Shown here in pieces: positions 24,273 through 35,878 of a DNA stretch of 64,000 nucleotides (position 1 is its first letter; each line of letters begins with the position of its first letter). A program made the translations under genes and the position numbers. Where the stretch lies: NCBI RefSeq assembly GCF_006345805.1, contig NC_043004.1:51584001-51648000 (forward strand), given 5' to 3'. The DNA comes from Octopus sinensis. Taxonomy: Eukaryota. The notes under the pieces were generated by a model. The model did no database searches and had not been told where the DNA came from. It was given only the letters and a program-made list of their open reading frames with translations.

Positions 24273-25607
24273 ATGCAGTTTGGGTTTGTGCCAGGGAAAA
24301 GTACTACTGATGCTATATTCCTGGTAAGGCAGCTGCAGGAGAAATACCTAGCCAAAGATAAGCCCCTGTACCTGGCTTTTGTTGACATGGAGAAAGCCTT
24401 CGACAGGGTCCCCCGATCCCTTATCTGGTGGGCAATGAGGAAACTAGGGATAGATGAATGGTTAGTGAGAGCTGTGCGGGCCATGTATAGGGATGCTGCT
24501 AGTAGGGTGAGGGTTGGCAACGAGTACAGTGAAGAATTCCAGGTAGAGGTAGGGATCCACCAAGGCTCAGTACTCAGCCCCCTCCTATTTATCATAGTCC
24601 TCCAGGCAATAATGGAGGAATTCAAGACAGGATGCCCTTGGGAGCTCCTCTATGCTGATGACCTTGCTCTAATTGCTGAGTCGCTATCAGAATTGGAGGA
24701 GAAGTTTCAGGTGTGGAAACAAGGATTAGAATCGAAGGGCCTCAGAGTCAATCTAGCTAAAACCAAAGTCGTAATCAGTAGGAAGGTAGACAAATCACAA
24801 ACGCCTTCAGGTAGATGGCCCTGCTCGATCTGTAGAAAAGGTGTAGGTAGAAACTCTATAAGATGCACCAAGTGTAAGCTATGGGCACATAAGAGGTGCA
24901 GCAATGTCAAAGGAAGGCTAACTAGGAAGATGGTTTTTGTATGTGGCAAATGCTCAGGAACAATAAACACTGAAAATGCTCTGAGACCAACTTCCGTCAC
25001 TTTCCAGGGAGAAAAACTAGAAATAGTTAATAGTTTCCGTTACCTAGGTGACCAAGTCAGCAGCGGGGGCGGGTGTGCTGAAAGTGTAACTGCTAGAGTA
25101 AGAATAGCTTGGGCAAAGTTCAGAGAGCTCTTACCTCTGCTGGTGACAAAAGGCCTCTCGCACAGAGTGAAAGGCAGACTGTATGATGCGTGTGTACGAA
25201 CAGCCATGCTACATGGCAGTGAAACATGGGCCGTGACTGCTGAGGATATGCGTAAGCTCGCAAGAAATGAAGCCAGTATGCTCCGATGGATGTGTAATGT
25301 CAGTACTCATACTCGGCAGAGTGCCAGTACCTTGAGAGAAAAGCTGGACCTAAGAAGCATCAGTTGTGGTGTGCAAGAGAGACGTTTGCGCTGGTATGGT
25401 CATGTGGCGAGAATGGATGAAGATAGTTGTGTGAAAAAGTGCCACACCCTAGCAGTTGAGGGAACCTGTGGAAGAGGCAGACCCAGGAAAACCTGGGACG
25501 AGGTGGTGAAGCACGCCCTTCGAACTTTAGGTCTCACTGAGGAAATGACTAGAGACCGAGACCTCTGGAAGTGTGCTGTGCGCGAGAAGACCCGGCAGGA
25601 CAAGTGA
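24273..25607 (+). pseudogene. RTE reverse transcriptase C-terminal 444 codons including a PHD-like finger
   Basis: Open frame in the ORF track, with YADD at about 24651 and a C4HC3 motif at 24822-24953. Confidence 0.85.
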
Positions 25608-26204
25608 GTCCATAACCCGTGGCTTTCTACATGGGATGGAGCCAGCCTACGTATGCATACCTTCCCTTCTTGGGACACAAAACTCTACTTGTGAAGACCT
25701 GTTGAGGCAAGTGAGGATCAGAATCGAAATCGATCAATGGAAATTGCAGATGTGTTACCAGTGCCGGTGGCATGTCGAAACTCTACTTGTGAAGACCCGT
25801 TGAGGCAAGTGAGGATCAGAATCGAAATCGATCAATGGAAATTGCAGATGTGTTACCAGTGCCGGTGGCATGTAAGAGAACCTTCCGTTTCGCGACCGTT
25901 GCCAGCACCGCCCCGTTTCGTGTCCGTTGCCAGCCTTGCCTGGCCCTTGTGCTGGTGGCACATAAAAAGCACCATCCGTTCATGGCCGTTTGCCAGCTCT
26001 GTCTGGCACCAGTGTGGGTGGCACGTAAAAAGCACCCACTACACTCACAGAGTGGTTGGCATTAGGAAGGGCATCCAGCCGTAGAAACACTGCCAGATTT
26101 GACTGGGCCTGATGAAGCCTTCTGGCTTCACAGGCCCAAGTAGAACCGTCCAACCCATGCTAGCATGGAAAACTGATGCTAAACGATGATGATGATGATG
26201 ATGG

Positions 26205-26506
26205 TATATATATCACCTGACCGACCAGTCCATCAGATGTAGTTACACATCGCTGGTCACAATGCCTTCGCATTGTTTTAGCCTTCGAATGACGCCACCC
26301 CGCTGGCTAAGCGAGCAGGCCAACAGAAGAAAGAGTGGGAGAAAGAGTGGTGAAAGCGTACAGCAGGGATCACCCCCCCCCCCTGCCGGAGCCTCGTGGA
26401 GCTTTTAGGTGTTTTCGCTCAATAAAGACTCACAACACCCGGTCTGGGAATTGAAACCGCGATCCTACGACCGCGAGTCCACTGCCCTAACCACTGAGCC
26501 ATTGCG

Positions 26507-26510
<4 letters not shown>
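26205..26510 (-). mobile_element. tRNA-derived SINE family C (related copies at 27373-27680 +, 43950-44112 -, 63385-63720 +)
   Basis: A box TGGCTCAGTGG, B box GTTTCAATTCC, shared core TTTATTGAGCGAAAACACCTAAAAGCTCCACGAGGCTCCGGCAG. Confidence 0.8.
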
Positions 26511-26568
<58 letters not shown>

Positions 26569-27025
26569 AAAATTTAGATACAGATGAATATGGTACTTAA
26601 GTTGAGGCACCAGAATTTAATACGGTATTATCCATACAATTTCAAAATAAGGTGATTAAAATCAAATCTTGTTTTAAGCTTTCCCTTACTAAACCTCATG
26701 ACATTGCTTCAAATAAATCTTAATTTTATGGCTATGCCATCTAGAATGTCTGTCTACTCCACCAACTCTAACCCAAACAGATACTACCCTCTGTCTTCTC
26801 TCAGCCTTAAATATACAAAGGATTTGATAAACTAGTGTATAAATTAAAACTAACCCCATAAAAAAACAAAATAACAGAAAAATCAGTGACAGGCAGTGTC
26901 TTGAAAAGAATTTCAGTTACAACTATGATGTTGTTGGCAAAACATGTTCTTTGTCTATCCTCTTGGAGAATTTAGGTAAAATTATACTAATGTGTCCTTC
27001 TAATTTAATTAAATTCTATATTTTT

Positions 27026-27114
27026 ATGCAGCTGAAGATTGCTCTACATTTTAAATTGATGTAATATTTGCATTGTTCAATTAAATGGAGTCGTATGAAA
27101 CGATCGTACTGCAT
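27026..27114 (+). ncRNA. Type I hammerhead motif with a long helix II (partly decayed)
   Basis: ATGCAG-CTGAAGA...GAAAC-GATC-GTA-CTGCAT. Perfect 6-bp helix I and palindromic helix III ACGATCGT. Confidence 0.7.
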
Positions 27115-27894
27115 TACCTCTGGATATCCTTGTTTCTTATTTTGATATTTATATATATATATATATATATATATTAATCATAAGGACACATTAAAGTGTC
27201 TATGCTCTAGAAATGAGAGTTAAAATCCTCATCCTAGAAATGAAATTTAAAATCAACCCCCAAAATAACAGATTCAACAGTATACGAGCAAGTGGTTTGA
27301 AAAAATCCCTCACATACTTATATAGCATAAAGCTATATATTTAATGGTACAGGTGTATATGGTGGAAGGGGGGGACACATGGCCTAATGGTTAGAGCAGC
27401 AGACACATGCTCGAGGGATTGTGAGTTCAAATCTCAGACCGGGTGATGTGTGTGTTTATAAGCGAAAAACTGAAAGTTCCACACGGCTCCAGCAGAAGGT
27501 AATAGCAAACTTCTGCTGACTCTTTTGCCATAGCTTTCTCTCACTCTTTCCTCCTGCATCTAGCAGCTCACCTGCATAGGACTGGCATCCCATCCAGGTG
27601 GGGAACCTATATGCCAATGAAACTGAGAAACCAGCCCTTATGAGCCCTTATGGCTCGAGAAGGAACAAACAACAACAAGTATATATGTGGATCGGTTTCT
27701 TGTTTGATACAAAAATTAATATAATTTTAATTCTATTCTAAATAATGCTGATTTATGCCTGCAATCTCCAATATCAATATTGGAGATTGTTATTATCAAC
27801 TATTTGTATTGCCTTCTATAACAATAACAATATTAATATCTATATTAATATTCGCTTCTGAATATCTTTGCTGCTGAATACATATATATATATA

Positions 27895-28344
27895 TATATA
27901 AATATATATAGGAATAGAAATTTATATATAAAGAACGTGAAATACACGAAGGGACGAACACGGAAAACAGACAAATCATTCGAAGCCTTCAATCTTCAGT
28001 CAGAAACCGAATCATCATGGCAAATTTCGGCTGATTAATTCTGAGATTTGCTCCAACTCGGCCAGCCCCAAGGTAAAAACTAAGCTGTGAGCATTAGATT
28101 TCTTGGTAGAAGGAAAGAATGTAAACGCAACAGAGATGAATATAAATACAAGAAACGAAAACAAAATTGAAAACAATAATGGTTAAAAACAGGATAACAG
28201 TGGGTGTCTTACGACTTTGGACAAAATGAGACAAATATAACTTATCAGCAGGCGTGGAAACAATTACCTTTTCGGCAAAGGGGAAGCATAGCAATAATAA
28301 ATGAGTGCATATGTCATAAGTATAAAGTACATTTTGTGAATATG

Positions 28345-28375
<31 letters not shown>

Positions 28376-28667
28376 GGAATAAATGTTTTTATATATAAAG
28401 AACGTGAAATACAGGAAGGGACGAACACGGAACACAGACAAATCATTCGAAGCCTTCAATCTTCAGTCAGACACCGAATCATCATAGCAAATTTCGGCTG
28501 TTCAATTCTGATATTTGCTCCAACTCGGCCAGCCTCAAGAAAAAAACTAAGCTGTAAGCATTAGATTTCTTGGTAGAAGACAGGAATGTGAACGCACGAG
28601 ACGGATGTAAATACAAGAGACGAAAACGAAATTGAAAACAGTAATGGATAAACAAAATATAACGATG

Positions 28668-28712
<45 letters not shown>

Positions 28713-28756
28713 ATATATATATAACACAACAACGCGAGGACGTGGAACAAATATAG

Positions 28757-28800
<44 letters not shown>

Positions 28801-29420
28801 GAATCGAAATTGAACCAATCCTATGACTGACACCCAGCAGATGCCAGAACCCCTAGACTGGAGATACGTAAAAAGCACTATCCGAATCGTGGCCGATGCC
28901 AGCGCCGCCTCGACTGGCTTCCGTGTCGGTGGCACGTAAAAAGCACCATCCGAATCGTGGCCGAAGCCAGTGCCGCCTCGACTGGCTTCCGTGCAGGTGG
29001 CACGTAAAATGCACCAATCCGACCGTGGCCGATGCCAGCCTCGCCTGGCACCAGTGCAGGTGGCACGTAAAAAGCACCCACTACACTCACGGAGTGGTTG
29101 GCGTTAGGAAGGGCATCCAGCTGTAGAAACATTGCCAGATAAGACCGGAGCTTGGTGCAGCCTTCTGGCTTCTCAGATCCCCAGTCGAACCGTCCAACCC
29201 ATGTTAGCATGGAGAACGGACGTTAAACGATGATGATGATGATGATGATGATGGTATATATATATATATATATGTATAAATAATACTATATTTGTTCCAC
29301 ATCCTCGCGTTGTGTTTTTTTGTGCTTTCTTGTTTGGATTAACTTTATATATATTTATACATATTCACAAAATGTACTTTATATTTATGACATATGCACT
29401 CAGATTTATTATTGCTATGC
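27895..29420. repeat. Tandem ~470-bp units plus inverted partial copies (Penelope-pLTR-like arrangement), with an RTE 3' fragment inside
   Basis: 27900-28350 is repeated at 28370-28700. 28722-28760 is inverted at 29281-29316, and 28290-28345 is inverted at about 29355-29420. Confidence 0.75.
28800..29253 (+). mobile_element. RTE 3' UTR fragment with (GAT)n tail (other copies at 13918-14260 -, 34878-35420 -, 59480-59690 -, 63790-64000 +)
   Basis: Homologous to 25720-26195. Confidence 0.85.
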
Positions 29421-29582
29421 TATATATATAAATATTGGATGATATGAGGAGTTTAGGTCAAGTTGCGACAAACAAATAGGTATACATTCTAAGTGCTCCA
29501 ATTGGTAATACACCAAAATTCCAATTAGAACAGCAGCTGGAGTTGTGGTTGTGTGAATGCCTTCAAAAAATAACTAGCTTAC

Positions 29583-29672
29583 CTTTGTGTCAGTTGGTGT
29601 CAATTGAAGTATTGAAGAAGACAAACAATTATTCAAGGCAGGGCTATGGCATTCAAATTCATTTAATTCAAT
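29583..29672 (-). CDS. Orphan internal exon of an unidentified minus-strand gene (IELNEFECHSPALNNCLSSSILQLTPTDTK)
   Basis: Long polypyrimidine acceptor TTTTGTATTATTTTGCTATTTTTAG, a 90-nt open frame in phase 0/0, and donor AAG|GTAAGC. No neighbouring exons were confidently found. Confidence 0.5.
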
Positions 29673-29715
29673 CTAAAAATAGCAAAATAATACAAAACTG
29701 GTAAAGATAGTAGAG

Positions 29716-29758
<43 letters not shown>

Positions 29759-30178
29759 ATAATAAATATTAGGGAATACATCCAAATCTACAGGGAAATA
29801 AAACAGATTAGGAGATCGAAAATCCACCTGACGAATGTCATTGAAGACATGAAACGATTGTAGTGGCGGTTTATTTCTTTATATTAAAAATTTTTATGTA
29901 TTGATTAAGTCTTTCCTTGTTTGTTTTGCAAAATAGTGGTTTTGTCTCGAATTAATATTATATATATATATATATATACATATGTTGTTGAAATTTACAG
30001 AAAAACAAAAGATGAATATAGGTGAATGAACAACAAGTAGGTGTATTAGTTTGACGCTCGGGGAAGTGAGAAAATCTTTTATGTTTCAAGCCTATGCTCT
30101 TCAGCTGAAAGGAACAAGAGCAAATAAACAGAGAGAGAATAAAAAAACTTGTGGATTTTAGCAATCAAGCATGGCAAT

Positions 30179-30204
<26 letters not shown>

Positions 30205-30210
<6 letters not shown>

Positions 30211-30470
30211 TGTCTCAAGCTCTGTGGTTAGTTTGACACTGTGCAGTGACCACAGTTGGGAGCAGTAGTCCAGGCGGCTTAGGACAAATGTCCTCCATAG
30301 TGTCAACATGGTCTCGCAGTCTCTTGTCCGGAATGTCCTCAGGATCCAGCCAGTGAGTCGTCTGCACATTGTCGCCACCTTCGCGATGTGTGAAGAAAAA
30401 GATGCATCGTCACTCATGTCTATCCCCAGGTCCCGTATTGATTTCGATACTGGGATTTCGATCCCTCCTG
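30205..30470 (-). mobile_element. CR1/L2-group LINE RT fragment
   Basis: [49 protein letters not shown]. Confidence 0.85.
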
Positions 30471-30517
30471 GATATATATATATACACACACATATTATAT
30501 ATATATACACATATATA

Positions 30518-30549
<32 letters not shown>

Positions 30550-30797
30550 TTATAATAACACATATATATATATATATACATACACATATATATATATATA
30601 TATATACACATATATATATATAATATATATATATATACACATATATATATATAATATATATATATATATATACACATATATATATATATATATACACAAT
30701 ATATATATATATACACACATATATGTATATATATATATTATATATATACACACACATATATTATATATATATACACACACATTATATATATATATAT

Positions 30798-30842
<45 letters not shown>

Positions 30843-30852
30843 ATATATACAC

Positions 30853-30893
<41 letters not shown>

Positions 30894-30899
30894 TAATAT

Positions 30900-30932
<33 letters not shown>

Positions 30933-30965
30933 CAACACATATATATATATATATATATATATTAT

Positions 30966-31030
<65 letters not shown>

Positions 31031-31122
31031 TATATATATATACACATATATATATATATATATATATGTGTGTGTATATATATATATATATATATAACAC
31101 ATATATATATATATATACACAC

Positions 31123-31196
<74 letters not shown>

Positions 31197-31228
31197 TATA
31201 TATATATATATATATATCACACACATAT

Positions 31229-31277
<49 letters not shown>
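30471..31277. repeat. Long compound (TA)n/(CA)n microsatellite (also at 31755-32090, 37268-37670 and 690-810)
   Basis: Direct inspection. Confidence 0.95.
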
Positions 31278-31364
31278 CATTAAATTTAGGGTAAAAATTG
31301 ATATTTATCAATTAGAACCAGTGGTCTAGCATATTAAAGAAAGAATCCGAAGATTAAAATATTT

Positions 31365-31760
31365 ATATATACCAATTAAGGACTGAACACGAAAAAGTGG
31401 ACAGTCAACATGCTAGATATAGACGTCAAATCGCCATTCTCCACAAAAAGTCTATGTTCTCAGATCAAACTCAACACAAAACCAAAACAATAAACAAGTG
31501 AAAAATATACGAAAATGTTACATTTTATATGGGACCATGCTGATGATGGCTGCACTTTTCCTTGCGGAAAATAACAGCCGAAACTGAATTTAGTACATGG
31601 GTAAATATTTATTTCGTATATTTTTCACTTGTTTATTGTTTTGGTTTTGTGTTGAGTTTGATCTGAGAACATAGACTTTTTGTGGAGAATGGCGATTGAC
31701 GTCTATATCTAGCATGTTGACTGTCCACTTTTTCGTGTTCAGTCCTTAATTGGTATATAT
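31365..31760. repeat. ~150-bp near-perfect inverted repeat flanking the hammerhead
   Basis: 31365-31514 versus 31612-31760 differ by one A indel. Confidence 0.95.
31524..31606 (+). ncRNA. Type I hammerhead ribozyme, apparently intact
   Basis: Helix I CCATG(31535-39)/CATGG(31596-600). Core CTGATGA(31540-46) plus an extra T. Helix II GGCTG/CAGCC extended by TTTTCC-ttgc-GGAAAA. GAAA(31580-83). Helix III ACT/AGT. Cleavage triplet GTA at 31593-95. Confidence 0.85.
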
Positions 31761-31805
31761 ATATATATATATATACCACATATATTATATATATATACAC
31801 ACATA

Positions 31806-31846
<41 letters not shown>

Positions 31847-31895
31847 TATATATAATATATATATACACACATATATTATATATATATATATATAT

Positions 31896-32016
<121 letters not shown>

Positions 32017-32048
32017 CACACACATATATATATATATATATATTTATA

Positions 32049-32079
<31 letters not shown>

Positions 32080-32857
32080 TATATACATATATTAATAAAA
32101 GGATTCCAACCTTGTCTGATTTTCACGTTTTATTTACAATCTTATAATGATATATTATAAGATAATATATTATAATTGAATAAAATAAAATGAAATAGTA
32201 GAATGTTAAATGTTCATTCTGATTGAACTAGTACTTTCATGCATTGAATTCTGCAATCTTCGGGTTCATGTAGTAGTGTTGACAGTCATGCTTCACAATT
32301 TTTGACTGTAGCAAGATGATTGATTCTGTGCTATAAATACAGCTGGGTAGGCTCCAGGGTGCTAGGTTTTGCAAACTGTATTCTGACCAATCAGTGTGTA
32401 GTATCACTCAATTACTTAAGCTGATTGGTTGGTTGAGCTGATTGGTTTAGGCATCATGCTTTGTTGGACATGTCAAGAGTCCTGTATCTTGACCCTGGCC
32501 AAAGCAGCAATTGTTGGGTTTTTTTAGAAATGTTGTAAAATCCTTTGTCAGAGATTTTTATATTTTTATATTTCAATTGTCATCATCATCATTGTCAGCA
32601 CCTTAATTATTGTTGCTAGTGGAGATGGTGGTGGCAATAGAACTTTTAACCCTAAATAAGATAATTTTCCTGCTATCTTCATCTTGATCACCTTTAGTAT
32701 TGTTGTTGTTGTTAGTGGTCATGGTCGTAGCAGTGGAAGTAATACCTCTAAGTATTATTATTATTGCTTATTTAGCTTGGGTTCGAATTTATCAATAAAA
32801 TTCTTTTCTCTGATTCTGGGTTACATCATATGACTTGTCACATTCACCCTGCTACAT

Positions 32858-32890
<33 letters not shown>

Positions 32891-32891
<1 letters not shown>

Positions 32892-33451
32892 TGGATTGTC
32901 CGGAAAGTTTGCGCCGATTTTTAAAGGAAAGAAAAAGGTCAATAGATACTTGCCATTACATTTTTAATCAACCAAATATAAACCATGTTGTTGTACAATG
33001 TGTCTCCATCTTTCCTTTAACTTGAAAATACCCTCTTCTCAGAAGTGAGGTAGTTTCATGGCAAAGAATTCATCAAGGTATCTTTTTACGTCATCCAAGG
33101 AATTGAAATTTTTATCATTAAAACTATTCTGCAGTGACCTGAATAAGTGGAAATCTGAGGGAGCAACATCTGGTGAATATGGAGGGTGGGGTAACACATC
33201 CCAGTCGAGCTGCAGCAATTTTTGTTTGCTTCCCAAAGCATCAAGTGAATGAACTTTCTTATCTTCCATTTTATAGGGTTACAGAATTAACACAGGTTAT
33301 AGGAACATAAACCTTCTTCGACGAAAAGATAGCTTAAACTGTGCTCTAAATGGAGGTATAGTCAAATCCTATTTTATGGACTCAACCATGTTCTAAAATA
33401 GGTCGAAAGGTAAGCTACTATAAATCGGCATGAACTTTCTGGACAACCTAA
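32891..33451 (-). mobile_element. Internally deleted mariner (DD34D) element
   Basis: ~28-bp TIRs (TT(A/G)G(G/A)TTGTCC(A/G)GAAAGTT) with TA flanks. C-terminal WDVLPHPPYSPDVAPSDFHLFRSL. Confidence 0.9.
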
Positions 33452-33489
33452 TATATATATATATATATATTGTCTCAGAACAATCTTCG

Positions 33490-34010
33490 GTTATTCACTA
33501 AAACTCAGAGTGTCTAATGTCGACCTGTTTAGCAAGTGTAAGATTGGTAGAATTGAGAGCTTCTTTATGCAGTTGAAATTGTGTTGGGTTGGACGTATCA
33601 TCAGAATAAGTGTTGAAAGAATATCCAAAGTCCTTGAGTACAGCCAGCTTGTTAGTGGGCACAGGAATGTTGGTTTACTATGGCTCAGATATAAGGACAA
33701 GCTGAAGAGTAACATCTAAGCAGTCAATATAACTCACAACACCTTGGCGCGACCAAAATAGAAATTGTCATGTCAAATGGTATTAAAGACTTTGTGTCAG
33801 CTGGCATTATCAAGCTTAGGTATGCAAGGCAAAGGAGAAAAGTCACTGTAAATACCCCACCTGCACTGACCTGTAACTCTCATACTTGCAACATCCGTGG
33901 GCTCCTTTGCAAATCATTGGTGGGACTCAAATGTTACATTCAACATAAGCATTATAACTGACAAAGAAAGTGTAGGTTATCAGTAAGATCCTCATACATC
34001 GAAACCAACA
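33490..34010 (+). mobile_element. Decayed RTE-type LINE 3' fragment
   Basis: LCWVGRIIRI..RISKVLEYSQL..GH..LRYKDKLK and a terminal C2H2-like TCNIRGLLCKSLVGLKCYIQHKH. Confidence 0.7.
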
Positions 34011-34243
34011 GGAGAGTCTAACACACACACGTACACAAACATACTCACTCACTCACCCACTCACCAAAATGGAGATGAACCCCATTCCTCCATGCAATTG
34101 GCTTAAAAAATTGTTAAGATATTAAGATATTTTCGTAACATGAAACCAGTGGTAGCCTTAATTCACAAATAAAGAAATTCTTCTCACCAATGTGGTATTG
34201 AGTACTCATTTTCATCGTTAAACTTTTACGTGTGTGTATATAT

Positions 34244-34293
<50 letters not shown>

Positions 34294-35422
34294 TATAGGT
34301 GAGAGAGTTGGTATCTGAAAGCACGTAGTTGGATGTATAAAAGACAAAAAGGGTGAAAAAAACTACAGAAGGCTTGTGTTATATGGTTAAAGAATATATT
34401 TAAATTGTTATGTTAGAAAAATGTTTTAAAATTTTGCATATAGTAACATAGTTGTTGGAGAAATAACCGGTTTCGTATTTTCTTTCCAAATTTCTCAGAT
34501 TTCTTTACCTATATTGTGTCATGTCTTTGCTATGTTGTGAGATATGGAGTTCCAGGCAGGGGAAGGTAATCAGGGATTTTTTTTTTCCAGTATAAGGGAG
34601 ATAATAAAAAATGTTGGGAATGACTAGGCTTGATTAATTTAACATGATTTGGTTTAGAAGGAACAGAATGTTACAAGTGATTAGGTTTTGCTTTCAATGA
34701 GGTGAGTTTCCTTATTTAAAAATGTTAGAAATGGTTAAGTTTTGGCTTTTATTTTTCAATGAAGAAGGTTTCCTTATTTAATCTAACTTGTGTTGGTGTT
34801 CCAATGGCACATTGATAGAATGGGAAGATTACAAATTGTGATAGCTGTTGCTTTGCGCATTACTCAATAATAATAATCGTCATCGTTTAACGTCCGCTTT
34901 CCATGCTAGCATGGGTTGGACTATTTGACTGAGGTCTGGCGAACCAGATGGCTGCACCAGACTCCAATCTGATCTTGCAGAGTTTCTACAGCTGGATGCC
35001 CTTCCTAACGCCAACCACTCCGAGAGTGTGGTGGGTGCTTTTACATGCCACCGGCACGAGGGCCAGTCAGGCAGTACTGGCAACAGCCATGCTCAAATGG
35101 TGCTTTTTATGTACCACCTGCACAGGTGCCAGTCCAGCGGCACTGGCAACGACCTTGCTTGAATGTTTTTCCATGTGCCAGTAAGGCAATGCAGGTAATA
35201 ATCACGCTCGAATGGTGCTCTTTATGTGCCATCAGCACGGAGGCCAGCTTGTTGCTCTGGCAATGATCATGCTCGTATGGTACTCTTAGCGCTCCACTAG
35301 CACGGATGCCAGTCATTGAATTTGATTTCGATTTCACTCGCCTCAACAGGTCTTTGCAAGCAGAGTTTAGTGTCCAATGAAAGAAAATACGCATAAGTAG
35401 GCTGGTTACACCTCTGGCATTC

Positions 35423-35878
35423 CTATTTAAACCCTCACCAACGAACTAATAGAATTATACTCACATCTACATATCCATATGTAAACCAGCTTCCCAAACT
35501 ATGATACGCATACACACTCAACAATTTTGGAAATCCCCATGAATATCATAGTGCTGTGTATATACCAAAATATATATATTTATATCCTAGTGTATTTCCC
35601 TTATAAGCCAGGACAAAAAACAATCAATACAGAACATATATATTACATATATGTGTAGCTACAAGATTATAAATTTATAAGTTGTATATTTCAAATTGTA
35701 AAGACCACTAGTACAATCAGATGTAGAGGAAAGTTATAAGTACTACGAATGTTTACATGCACATCATATGTGAAAATATATAGTGTGTATGTATATGTTT
35801 GTTGTTACACATGAGTATACATTTGGATATGTAGATGTGAGTATAATTCTATTAGTTCGTTGGTGAGGGTTTAAATAG
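35423..35878. repeat. 55-bp perfect inverted repeat with a 346-bp spacer
   Basis: 35423-35477 is the exact reverse complement of 35824-35878. Confidence 0.9.

Larger units (their letters stand above)
23321..26195 (+). mobile_element. 5'-truncated RTE-clade LINE with 3' UTR and (GAT)n tail, interrupted by a Tc1-derived insert
   Basis: RT motifs KAPGPSG, NYRGIKLL, QFGFVPG, DMEKAFD, QGSVLSP, LYADD, RYLG, then RWYGHVARM and GRGRPRKTW. Frameshift near 24225. Tail GATGATGAT at 26176-26194. Confidence 0.93.

Noticed and set aside
26105-26135. CTGATGA followed by an AAGCC/GGCTT hairpin in the RTE 3' UTR
   Set aside because: It lacks GAAA, and other copies read CTGGTGCAGCC.
26675-26785. Minus-strand 111-nt open exon candidate (AERRQRVVSVW...)
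   Set aside because: RRQRVV resembles the CR1 RT motif R.QRVV..G, so it is probably a LINE remnant. The donor is weak.
30308-31311. Long ORFs (up to 310 aa) rich in Y/I/H/T
   Set aside because: These are translations of (TA)n/(CA)n microsatellites. The same applies to ORFs at 433-861, 31633-32126, 37363-37871 and 47966-48376.
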